DNA of 63,663 nucleotides, the filler included, from Stramenopiles sp. TOSAG23-3 (taxonomy: Eukaryota), in assembly GCA_900128585.1 (NCBI GenBank). It is 18 parts of 18 records of this genome, joined end to end, with 100 filler letters (N's around TTAATTAATTAA, not from the genome) between each part and the next. Parts side by side here need not be neighbours in the genome. Positions count along the whole stretch, not along the records: positions 1 to 3,458 come from LT644214.1; positions 3,559 to 7,016 come from LT644215.1; positions 7,117 to 10,573 come from LT644216.1; positions 10,674 to 14,122 come from LT644217.1; 14 more parts are not named here. The stretch is one strand, 5' to 3'. Below the pieces are notes generated by a model, which worked only from the letters and a program-made list of their open reading frames with translations, was not told the origin of the DNA and made no database searches. The position numbers were made by a program, and so were the translations under genes. Positions 1 to 10,675 of the stretch are shown here, piece after piece (position 1 is the stretch's first letter; every line of letters starts with the position of its first letter).

Positions 1-76
1 TACAGAACCAAGTTAGGATTAGGGTACGACGAAGCTAAATTTAATTACTTAAATAACAGCCAATTTTCTTGTTTTA
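1..76 (+). repeat. Copy of dispersed AAATAACAGCCAATTTTCTTGTTT repeat family
   Basis: Near-identical to the reverse complement of 58529-58606, which lies in an unrelated contig. Confidence 0.85.
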
Positions 77-1739
77 AAATCTTTTCATCAACAATAATGA
101 CAAGGTTCGGTTGCGTTTCCAGCCCATGCTACGACTTCCGACACCTTTACGGCAAAATTCACCTTAATTGAATTTCTAGATTGCAACAATAAAACAACAC
201 CATCCATCCTTTTTTTAGTTTCATAAAAATTTACCCCAAGCGATAAAAATCAGGATCCTAAATATATTAATATATGATATTATATTACAAGAAACAAATA
301 CAACATACTATCAAATAAGTGAAAACAAGACTCGCCTCCGCGGAGATTTTCGATGAAGTTCCACGAACCCTGACCCCATAATTTTCCGTTTGAGCTCTAC
401 TAGATATTTATCTATCGTAAAGTAAAAAAACAATATAAATACGCTGCTATGTAAGAATAGATATTATCTAAAGTCATGTGAATACTTTCCAAATGTTTTT
501 GTTGATTTGTCACTCCTTTCCATGTTTTTGTTGATTTGATTTTCCCTTAGTTTAAACTATCCGCTGTTCTTACTGGATACATTCGTAATCGGTAACGATA
601 TGTGGATTTTTGAGAAAGTTGACTAATAAACACCATAATCGATTTCTTCATCTGGTGTCTCACTCATCAGTGATTCAAAACTTGGTTGCCTTATTGAACA
701 GTGGTTATATAAAGTTATATGAATTACTTTCCATGCGATATGATGTTTTCTTATATTTTTTTCCATGCAATGCGAATTTGTTCTGACCAGCTTGTTTTAA
801 TTGATTTTTTCTTTTGTTTTTTTAACTAAAAATAAACAAACAATATTAGTGTCGGATTTAAATTTTGACTTTTTCATTGAAATGACTTCTGCTAAATAAC
901 AGCCTATATTTTGGCTTCAATAACTTCTACTTGAAACTTCTATATAAAATTATCATTAACAACATATGTTTTTGTTAAACCTTACAATTCATAGCATATA
1001 TTAATGATAACCCCTTTTTGTTTCTATACATTTAAAGATACCGGGTGGGTGCGAATCTTCCAACGCAGCGTACCCAATTTGGTCGCAAAACCCATAGCAT
1101 CAGGGTTCCAAATCTTTACGGCCCTAGCCCCAACAACCCTGCCAATGGATTATGGCATCAAAGCAGCAGACACCGCGCCCCTATCCGGAATACGCCAAGC
1201 TCATCGGAGACCGATACGGAACCGTTCAGCTCGGATGAAGAGCAACCTTCTGACGCCGAGACTCCAGTAGTCCCAACTTCGGCCGACGACACAAAAGTAC
1301 ATTCCTCAACGCAATCATCAGATGCCCCGACCTTAGTAGTGTCATCCTCGGAAGTGCTATCCTCGGTTGAAGACATTGAAGGACACTCTTATTTGCAACC
1401 TTCCGACCCACCGACTTTAGTAGTGCCATCCTCGGACAAATAGCCCGGCAGACACAGCCTGCAGAACCGAATACGGATAGTTTAGCATCGGAGGTGGAAG
1501 TGGGTTTGTGTAATTGTATTTGTGTATGTACAGTAATACGAGATACGGACAGGCAGCACCGATTTGCTGAAAGGAAGTGCATGATTCAGCGACAAACAGC
1601 ACAATCACGGCACGCAATTACAGCACCGCACACCACATCTTTACCACCGCAAAATAACCGTTTAACGACAAATCTGAATACCCACCCCATCAACACTTCG
1701 GTGCAATCCCAACCCACTACTGATCATACCTTGAACGTT

Positions 1740-2595
1740 TTACAAAACAGAAAACGAGCACCTTTAAAACATTTTCGCCGCTGGCTGATAAACCAAACAA
1801 ATACTGAGAGACCGGATGAAGTAGTCGACTTCGGGTCATCTGAAATCGTCGAAAATCAAAATATCGACTCGAATCATGAATGGGGTTCACACCAGGATGA
1901 TAGTGAAGACTAAAGGATTAAGAGTAAATTGAATACTTTAGAGATTTTTTGGAGCAGAAACAAAAGGCAGTACAAGAAGGAAGTAAAACTTTACTGGACA
2001 AAAACAAATTACATTTTGCAAGGAAGGATAAATTGATTGGAAATTTAGGTAGTCATAAATTAATAAGTTATCTAATCGTTAAATAACAGTGTATATTTTG
2101 TTTTTTTTATTATAAAATTACGAGCCAATTGGAATCTTCCCCATAACTTGGGAAAGATATTTAGGAACAAAACTCATTACCGATCATTCTACAACAGAAA
2201 ACGAGCCCCTTTAAAACATTCATGCCGCTGTTTACTAGCCAATCGGAACTTTGACCAGAAAATGGGAAGGATCTTCAACAGGAGGAGATATTGTTCTTGA
2301 ACTTATATTTTTTCCTTTTATTCATTAGATTAAAATAAGTGTTATATAATTACAGACAATATTTTTGTTTTTATAAATATTACGCCCAGCCGAAATGAAG
2401 GTTTAACCAAGGAATCACTTCTTCGAAATGCAATATCGCATTTTAAATCAACCTAAATAACAGCCATTAATTTTGTACAACAGAAAACGGTCCCCTTTAA
2501 AACATTCATGCCGCTGTTTCCTTGCCAATTGGAATCTTTACAAAAAATTGGGAAGGATCTGCAATAGGGGAGATATTGTTCTTGAAGTGATACCT
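1740..2595 (+). repeat. Degenerate direct repeats (ACAGAAAACG...CCTTTAAAACATT...GCCGCTG...GCCAATTGGAA...GGGAAGGATCT)
   Basis: Full copies at about 2190-2305 and 2477-2592; partial copies at about 1745-1785 and 2123-2160. Confidence 0.8.
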
Positions 2596-3458
2596 CCTTT
2601 TTGCATATTTTAAATACATGCCCTTAAATAACAGTCAGTATTGTATTCAAATTCTAATCATTACTACTAACAGGTCTTTATTGAAACATTAACCTGGAAG
2701 CATTGCTAATTCACTTACCGATTCAGAACATGCATGGAGTACATCTGAGATTGATAGCCAAGACTAAGTGACAAGGGTATATCGACTAGTAAAACCACAA
2801 GAGCAAAGATAAGTTCGCAGTACATGAAGGAATGTAAACCTCGACTGTTTAGTAGATTTCAGCTCGCAGTACATTAATTTTAATTACTATAACAGCCAAT
2901 TTTCTTGTTTTTATTGAATCATATTTTAGTTAAAAAATTGGCTGTTATATTTAGAATAATGACACCTTCTTTTTTCTTTAATTTTAATTACTATATTTAA
3001 AATAACAATTGTATAAGTCTGATAAACGAACAAGCGGAAAATAACCTAAGGGCAGTTGGAAAAGTTCTATCTCGTTTAGCACGACAATCGGGTGAAATCG
3101 ATACACCCATGAAATATCAACACCAACGACATCCCAATTTTCTTGATGCCCGAGACAATAGTGAAGTTCCAGTACAGGATGGCAGATCCAGACAATCTAA
3201 AACAAATAAAGTCGCTGCCTTCTTACGGAAATTACTAACATCCCGGATATTGAAAAATCGGAGTCACAGTATAGTTCTCAATCATTTGAACAAGTAAATT
3301 ATGGAACACAACCAGACGAGATGGTACAAAGTTTTGAAGATTATGATTGGGAACAGGATCGAATGATAAAATATCGTACGAACGACAAAGGAGGTACCGA
3401 CCGACTTTAAGTGATATGATTTTTAGCAGTCGCAAAATTAGATCAGTTCTACAATTGG

Positions 3459-3558
3459 NNNNNNNNNNNNNNNNNNNNNNNNNNNNNNNNNNNNNNNNNN
3501 NNTTAATTAATTAANNNNNNNNNNNNNNNNNNNNNNNNNNNNNNNNNNNNNNNNNNNN
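3459..3558. other. Artificial contig linker (N-run + TTAATTAATTAA + N-run); first of 17 such linkers
   Basis: The same 100-nt spacer with stops in all six frames recurs about every 3.54 kb (e.g. 7017-7116, 10574-10673, 14123-14222 ... 60136-60235). Confidence 0.98.
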
Positions 3559-3772
3559 AAGAAGAAGAAGAAGAAGAAGAAGAAGAAGAAGAAGAAGAAG
3601 AAGAAGAAGAAGAAAGAAGAAGAAAAAAGAAGAAGAAAGAAGAAGAAGAAAGAAAGAAGAAGAAGAAGAAGAAGGAAGAAGAAGAAGAAAGAAAGAAGAA
3701 GAAGAAAGAAGAAGAAGAAAGAAAGAAGAAAGAAAGAAGAAGAAGAAAGAAGAAGAAGAAAGAAGAAGAAGG
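3559..3772 (+). repeat. (GAA)n microsatellite
   Basis: Directly visible tandem GAA/GAAA units. Confidence 0.97.
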
Positions 3773-4099
3773 AGGTCGGCGGTCAAAATTAATATAATAA
3801 TAATAAAAATATTATTATTATACTGTGTAGTATATAAATTAAAAAAAATTAAAAATTGAAATTGAAATAATTATTGAAATTTTAATAAGCTCAAGTAGAG
3901 ACCGAAAAAACAGTTTCATTGAAAAATAATATGAAGTAATAACCGTAGAATACATGCGTGAATGTTTATATTACACTTTGTCTTATACATGTGGGTAGTA
4001 AAACGAGTACGTGCAATTGGAAGGAAAGAGCTTTTTTATTATTATTGTTCCCCGGGGTGCACAGCAGGTTTTAATTACACGCAGCAGTAGCAAACCACG

Positions 4100-5197
4100 A
4101 TGGACGAGGCGGAGACGGAAGCGGAGTTGACCGCGCTGAAAGAGGTGGTTCAAAATTCTTTGGAGAAGAGGGGGGTCTTGGGTAAGATCAGGGCTGATCT
4201 TCGGGCGGCAGTGTTCACCGTCATTGATGCGGAGGAAAGGAAGGAAGGAGTGCATAGGGAGGATAAAACGCTTCAAAATTTGGTGTCGTCGGAGGACGGT
4301 GCCCTCGCCGCCGCACTGTTTGTCGACTTTTTGGATAGCTTGGACCTCAAGGCGACCAAGTCCGTGTTTGAGCCGGACATCAACATGGACAACGTCCCGA
4401 GCAGGGAGCTAATATCAAAGAAGCTGCAGCTGCCCCGGTCGGCCGTTCAAGAGACAGAAACCCCCCTTTTAGTTTCCCTACTCAAATCCCTGCGGAACGG
4501 AACTGCAGCGGCGTCTCCCAGAAACAGGTCGCCAGCCAGTTCCCCGCGTGAGAAATCCTCCTCGCCGAGGTCGAAGAAGGGCTCGCCGAAGCCGAAGCTA
4601 TCGGCACTTGGAACCTCTCCGAAATCCTCCCTCGGCGCGACCTCGCTGCCCCCAGTGTCTCCAACGGGGAGGAATAGCGCGGTAGAGCATCGGGTCCGCC
4701 AGCTCGACGAGGAGCTGCGGTCCATGGTGAAGAACGACCAATCCGGGTCGTTGAAAGAGATTGCCCAGAAGACCGGAGGCCCCGGCTTGAGCCCGAACAA
4801 TAGTGTCTTGAACAGTAGCAGTAAAAGCAGCAGCTCGGTAAAAGAGGGAAATCAGTCCTCGTTAGAAAAATCAAATGGTGCAGACGACGACGATTACTAT
4901 TACGACCAGGACGACGAGTTCTCCGAGCACATCATTGAGGAGGCGGACGAGGTGGAAGATGAAATTGAAGTGGAAGTTGGGGGTGAAAGCATGGACTCCG
5001 TGTCCTTCGGGGAATCCAGCGGGTTCTTGTCCATGTCCGGGGGTGGGGGTGTTCTAGGTCGCTCGAGCCACGACAAAGAGGACGAGTTGAGTATGAGCAC
5101 AAGCATTGTTGCCGATAGCATGGATTTGAGCGTACAGAACTCTCGCGCCTTAGATGAGTACGACTTCGTTGAAAAAGTAGAAAAACCCGGACAGTAA
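4100..5197 (+). CDS. CEP43: FGFR1OP/FOP (CEP43, TON1-like) centriolar LisH protein
   Basis: N-terminal LKEVVQNSLEKRGVLGKIRADLRAAVF, LisH-like FVDFLDSLDLKATKSVF, and an acidic tail ending DEYDFVEKVE. Confidence 0.8.
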   Translation: MDEAETEAELTALKEVVQNSLEKRGVLGKIRADLRAAVFTVIDAEERKEGVHREDKTLQNLVSSEDGALAAALFVDFLDSLDLKATKSVFEPDINMDNVPSRELISKKLQLPRSAVQETETPLLVSLLKSLRNGTAAASPRNRSPASSPREKSSSPRSKKGSPKPKLSALGTSPKSSLGATSLPPVSPTGRNSAVEHRVRQLDEELRSMVKNDQSGSLKEIAQKTGGPGLSPNNSVLNSSSKSSSSVKEGNQSSLEKSNGADDDDYYYDQDDEFSEHIIEEADEVEDEIEVEVGGESMDSVSFGESSGFLSMSGGGGVLGRSSHDKEDELSMSTSIVADSMDLSVQNSRALDEYDFVEKVEKPGQ

Positions 5198-5553
5198 AAA
5201 CACCCTCCCGTGAGTTCAAGAATAATGTGTGCGTGGTACCTACTTTTTTTGCGCCAAAAAGAGAGCGTGATGTCACACATTTTGTTCAACTGGGCAGTAC
5301 CTTAAGGCGCCTTTGGGAGTTTACACGTACGCGATTTAAATTCTAAAAAAAAAAATTTTATCACACACGTGTTACCTCAAATTTAAGAAATTAACCTTTT
5401 TACAATTAAATTATGAAAATTACTGGGACCGACACCAAAATTATAGAGTTTAGAAAATGCGCTGAATAGTCAACAGGGGGAGGTGCGATTAAAATGTAAT
5501 AAACTACCGTACATCTCTCTAACCAAGTCTGGAGAAAGTAACTATTCGTCGCC

Positions 5554-6345
5554 CTAGGGACTAGAAACTCGGAAAAAAGAACTGTCGGCGTCGTCGTCCC
5601 TCATGCGTTTTGCTGCTGCCACAAAGACGCTTCCACCTGGCAAAAGTTTGAGATTAATTGGGCAGTGAAAGTCGTGATGTATGACAAGACTGTGAACTTT
5701 TATGATTTGACTCGAGGTGTTGAACAACTGATAATGGTAGACTGCTAATTCTCCCCGAGTCGTGCCGAAATTTCCTATTGCAGGCGCCTGGTACAGTGTC
5801 TTTTCATGGTAGGTCGCGTATAAGGGTTTGCAAGTATTGGGTGTCTGGCACTCCTCGCCGTGCGAAGTTATTTCAACAGGAACATCGGTGAACGATTTGT
5901 CCAGATTCACCCAATAATATATGTCTTTTGCCATCCGATGCTGTAGTTCGTGGGCTTCAATACTGTGCAACTCTTTGTCTATCTGGGCGTCGCTGAGTAG
6001 CTCGTCAAAAAGAAAGTTTGACGACTTCAAGTGTGCGTCAGACGGCTGTTGCGCCCGCGCATATTTTATTGTACGGTACGAAGCAGCCAGCACGTCGTTC
6101 AACACCTTCAGCCGTTCTAACTGGGAATCCACTACGGCGCCCACGAGCTCATATACTAAACCCTCGTGATCTTGAATCTGCCTTTGTAACTCTTCTGTAC
6201 CTGCTATAATTTTTGTTTTTACATAAAATATTGATGAAAATCCTGCACTCTCGCACAAATACCGCTCCATGTTGAGGCCGGCAAAAAATGCTTCCACGCA
6301 AGCGTTGATGTGATCTACTTCTTGTTTCAGTTCTGTCAGTAACAT
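5554..6345 (-). CDS. Hypothetical protein; weak ApaG-like C-terminal segment
   Basis: 263-codon ORF from ATG 6345 with coding-like composition; YHYQLFNTSSQIIKV...LLPG loosely resembles ApaG. Confidence 0.55.
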   Translation of the reverse strand: MLLTELKQEVDHINACVEAFFAGLNMERYLCESAGFSSIFYVKTKIIAGTEELQRQIQDHEGLVYELVGAVVDSQLERLKVLNDVLAASYRTIKYARAQQPSDAHLKSSNFLFDELLSDAQIDKELHSIEAHELQHRMAKDIYYWVNLDKSFTDVPVEITSHGEECQTPNTCKPLYATYHEKTLYQAPAIGNFGTTRGELAVYHYQLFNTSSQIIKVHSLVIHHDFHCPINLKLLPGGSVFVAAAKRMRDDDADSSFFRVSSP

Positions 6346-7361
6346 TTCGCCTCGCCGATGAAAGGAAAATTGATGGAAAAGTATCAAAAATATGAGGAAC
6401 GGTTTTCAACGTTTTGCGCGTTTCTCAATTACACTTATATGTGTGAACATGTGCCTCTCTTTTTCAATAAGGGCAAAATTAAGAAAACGAACTCTTTTGA
6501 TCATCGAAGAAGTAGTAGTCGAACTTCTTCTCTACCCTCCTCCTCCTTTAAAACTTCTTTCTTCGACTACTACTTGGTACCAGGTATAATACCAAGGTTC
6601 TTGTTGTTGTTGTTGTGTTGGATGGAAGAAGAAGAACGAACGAACGAATTAAAATAGTATGACAATAGTACCGGTACGGGAATGGCAAATCATCAATCAT
6701 CTTCTTTCTTCTTCTTTCTTCTTATTTTTTTATTATTATTATTATTCTCGCTTTCTTCTTCTACATCATCACACCATCATCATCATCCATTTTAAAAGTT
6801 GAATTGAGCAAATGTCTTCTATATATTTAAGGTATCAATAGTATTGAATTTCATTATTTTGTTACAATTATTATATTACTATATAGACACAACCAGTATT
6901 ATAATGTCATATTTATTGAATTATATAGAAGAAGAAGAATACACAATGAAAGACAATCTGAAGAATGAACAGTCCAAACAGAGAATCAATCCTTTGGTCC
7001 TGTGGTGTGATGTGCANNNNNNNNNNNNNNNNNNNNNNNNNNNNNNNNNNNNNNNNNNNNTTAATTAATTAANNNNNNNNNNNNNNNNNNNNNNNNNNNN
7101 NNNNNNNNNNNNNNNNGCGGAGTAAAGTAGTGCTCTTCGCATTGTTGTTGTAGTTGCTGCTGCTGTTGTTTGTTTGGCTGGGTGGTTGTGTTGAATTTTA
7201 AACTGTTTAAGTTTTATGACTGTTTTATTTTTAATTGTTTGTTTTCTTTCTTTGTGTATTTCTTTTTTTTATTCTATACATTTGCGGTAGTCACGGGGAA
7301 CCGCACAGACAGTTCTAATACGTCGGGCTAAGGGGTTGTTGTTGGAAGGAGAGGAGGAACG

Positions 7362-7508
7362 AGGGGGTATAAAAAAAAAAAAATTTTAAATAATGTTGAA
7401 GAGCGAATTCGAGGAACAATGCTGTGACTATGTGAGAGGGTATAAAAATTTATTTTTTTTATTAAAAATGTTGAAGAGCGAATTCGATGAACAATGCTGT
7501 GATTATGT
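7362..7508 (+). repeat. Tandem duplication of about 75 bp
   Basis: AATGTTGAAGAGCGAATTCGA(G/T)GAACAATGCTGTGA occurs twice, each preceded by GGGTATAAAAA. Confidence 0.85.
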
Positions 7509-7792
7509 TATTTAAAAAAAAGATTTTATTTTTTATAATAAATCGATTTTAAAATTGCATTGTAATATTTATTGCTATGCTGTGTTTATTATATTTTCAT
7601 ATTTTAATAATAATTAACACAGCATACTGTTTCAGCATATAATATAATGGACAAACAATGTACATTAGAATACGTGCACATGTTGATCTAAGTCATGATA
7701 AAAATAGGGTTATGTTTTGGTTTTCTCCTTACAAATTATTTTTTATTATTATTACAAAAATTGCCAAGCTCCAAAATCCTCTCTCTTGCAAA

Positions 7793-8512
7793 TTACAAAT
7801 CTGACAGAATATCAAAATCTTCAGCGTGTGCAATATGAAATTGTCTGCCTATGGCCGCCAGCTCCTCGCTCGACCTAGAAAAGCCCTTCTCGAATTCACA
7901 AGAGTTGCACTTTATCAACGCTTCACGCTGCAAGAAAATGGACGCCCCGTAAGTTTCATGGATGCCGCCCCTGTTGTTTAGAAACTCGCAAAAATCACAT
8001 TCGAAAATAGAAAAGGAACTGACGTAGGCAGCGCCTCCAACAATGGAAACGGCGTTGTCCTCAAACACAATGTTTCTGCCTCTAAAATTTGCCCCCTCGC
8101 CTCCGAGGTATACTGCCCCCCCCACGTCTTGCCTACCATGCTTCAAAGTAATATCGTTTACGATAAGGGTGCCCGATTTTACAGAAAATATCCGAGAGTG
8201 CCCGTGAGCCGCTAAAATACAACCTTCCCCGTTCCCATTTATCTCCACAGTGCCTTGGGACACCTCGAGTTGCTTTGACAAAAAGTAGCAACACTTTGAC
8301 CCGCCGCATACCACAGCTGACATTTTTCTTGCTTTCTCATCGTTATTCTCCACGTTAATTATCAATTTGTCCCCCCCTTTTACCGTAGCCGCAAGAGCTT
8401 TGCTCAATTCAGTGTTAGAAGACACAATGTAGGTCGACGCCAGTGCGCGTACTTCACACAACGGTCCAGCGCAGCACAAAAACACAAAGAATATGCCGTG
8501 AGTGAATGCCAT
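7793..8512 (-). CDS. Secreted beta-helix / polymorphic-membrane-protein-repeat protein
   Basis: Signal peptide MAFTHGIFFVFLCC; GGAVY, FEDN, GGAAY, FLNN and GASI motifs (GGA[IV]/FxxN repeats). Confidence 0.7.
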   Translation of the reverse strand: MAFTHGIFFVFLCCAGPLCEVRALASTYIVSSNTELSKALAATVKGGDKLIINVENNDEKARKMSAVVCGGSKCCYFLSKQLEVSQGTVEINGNGEGCILAAHGHSRIFSVKSGTLIVNDITLKHGRQDVGGAVYLGGEGANFRGRNIVFEDNAVSIVGGAAYVSSFSIFECDFCEFLNNRGGIHETYGASIFLQREALIKCNSCEFEKGFSRSSEELAAIGRQFHIAHAEDFDILSDL

Positions 8513-9334
8513 TATAGAATGCACTGGTTTCAAGAGAGAACAACATACGAAAGGGATCGTTGACAAATCACTTGAGTACCTGGTCGTTGCCGGGGGTGTC
8601 ATTGGCTTTATTTGACACACAGCCTGTTTAAAAATTGAATCATCGAGTTTTAATATAGAATTTTCATTATTATTAATATTTTTTTATTATTATTATTATT
8701 TATTATTTATTCACTTTTTTTTTTTACAACAACAACATCATATAGCACAGACTAAGAATATTTTAATTCATCTACTAATAATAATAATAATAATAATTAA
8801 TAATATAATAGTCTGTGATGAATTAGACCTTTTTATTATTAATTTATTTTTTTGGATGACTGCTGCTGCTGTATTAATTAATTAATTAATTAATTAATAG
8901 GGCTTATTATGTGACTACAACATCAAAACAACAAAAAAATTCGAAATTTCCCTGCAAGAGCCCCTAACGAACTCAAAATTTTAAACGACGACTAAAAACC
9001 AAATTTAGTAAACAAGAAATTTTTAAAATATAAAATACTTCTTTTTTCTCATCATAGTCTAGTCTGTCTCTAAAATAATAAAACGTATTATTTATTAACA
9101 AATGTCTTTTCCCTATAATAAATTTTAAATAGAAGAAAGAAGTACTTCGGAATTATAGTACGTTTTCTTGTGAGCAAATACGGTAATAATTTATTTATCG
9201 GCATTTGTTTGGTCCACTCTCCTCGTAAACCTATACTAACGTAATTCCATGGTTCCAATTTTCCTTGTAGAGTATTTTGGGTTCTCCAGGACAATTTAGA
9301 AACTACCGGCATATGAAGTATCGAAGCCTCTCGG

Positions 9335-10063
9335 CTACCGGAGAAATCGATCCATGCCACCCCTTCTCTTAGCTACTGCAACGAGGTAAGCTCCACAAAT
9401 TACCGACAAAACAAGTTCGCCAAACACCGACTGTAAGCACCCATTTACAACATGCTGGCTTCTCAATGATATCAATGACGCGCCCATGTGAAAAGAGACA
9501 ATCATGGCGGAACCAAACTGGGAGCCTTCCCTGTATGCATCGAATGCTAGAATCATCAGCATGACGTGCAAAAGAGAAAAAAAGCAGCATAGCAAAGATG
9601 TCGTTAAATAGAGCGACACCGCAGGGCACATCTCTGTGTACACTGTTCCTGGCTCAGAGAGCGTGTAGGAGCCTACCTGCCCGTACATTGTCAACGCGTA
9701 CATGGCGCCGGTCCCAACACCACCAGATATAGCCGCGGACAGGTCGTTCAGCGGCAAAATATCGCGCGTGCCTGCAAGCTTGGCTTTGACCTTTTCAAAA
9801 CAGTAGAAATAAAGCTTCACAGTGAAGTACCTTCCAGCTTCTTGGATAAGCACCGACAAAATAATGACGAGCCAGGTAACCTTTTGCAAAGGCGGGATAA
9901 TCACCCACACGACCGAAGAGAGCAACAGCGATAGTAACCAGAAAAACGAAGATGCTACAGCTAAAATTGTCAGCTGGGGTCGTTGCAAAACTATTCTATA
10001 AAAAAGTGCAAACGTGGGGCCAAACGCAATTAACGTGCACCCAAGGAATAACGGCAGTGTCAT
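9335..10063 (-). CDS. APH1: Gamma-secretase subunit Aph-1
   Basis: MTLPLFLGCTLIAFGP, SSFFWLLSLLLSS, QEAGRY, GxGxG, LLHV; about 7 TM helices. Confidence 0.92.
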   Translation of the reverse strand: MTLPLFLGCTLIAFGPTFALFYRIVLQRPQLTILAVASSFFWLLSLLLSSVVWVIIPPLQKVTWLVIILSVLIQEAGRYFTVKLYFYCFEKVKAKLAGTRDILPLNDLSAAISGGVGTGAMYALTMYGQVGSYTLSEPGTVYTEMCPAVSLYLTTSLLCCFFSLLHVMLMILAFDAYREGSQFGSAMIVSFHMGASLISLRSQHVVNGCLQSVFGELVLSVICGAYLVAVAKRRGGMDRFLR

Positions 10064-10675
10064 TCTCCTCACTTAGACGTTCTTCAAATGTACACAAGGC
10101 TCCTCCTTGTCGGGGTGGAGGCGAGATAAGAAAAGAGACGAAAACGAACAAAGTCAACAGTATCTTTCCAGTTGTCTGTTCTTTTGAACTTCCAGCAAAA
10201 TCAATGGCAAACTTTCTTTTTCGCGTGGTGTTCATCGTATAAGTTTGTATCTTTCTTTTTTTTACAAAAACAATAATTTTAATTTTCATTCATTTTTTTC
10301 TTCAAATAATTTTTTTTTTTAAACTTTATAGACGACTAATTATTATTTTTCTCCACACACCACACACCACCACCACCACACTGTCGTCGACGACCGTACC
10401 GTAGTAGTACGACCGTGCATCGGCGGTTTGGACTGATGTGTTAAAAAAATGTGTCAAATTACGAGTGGATTGAGAGAGAGTACAAATTAAATAGGGAAAA
10501 TTCATACTTGTTCGTTATTATTTTGTCGGTGCTTATCCAAGAAGCTGGAAGGTACTTCACTGTGAAGCTTTATNNNNNNNNNNNNNNNNNNNNNNNNNNN
10601 NNNNNNNNNNNNNNNNNTTAATTAATTAANNNNNNNNNNNNNNNNNNNNNNNNNNNNNNNNNNNNNNNNNNNNAA

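Noticed and set aside
3511-3786. Leu/Ser/Phe-rich ORFs, also at 33028-33348, 35726-36052 and 54348-54590
   Set aside because: Translations of microsatellite or AT-rich spacer DNA
10517-10573. 57-bp perfect inverted copy of APH1 coding sequence (9809-9865)
   Set aside because: It lies at the contig tip with an AT-rich microhomology junction; an amplification chimera rather than an antisense/hairpin locus
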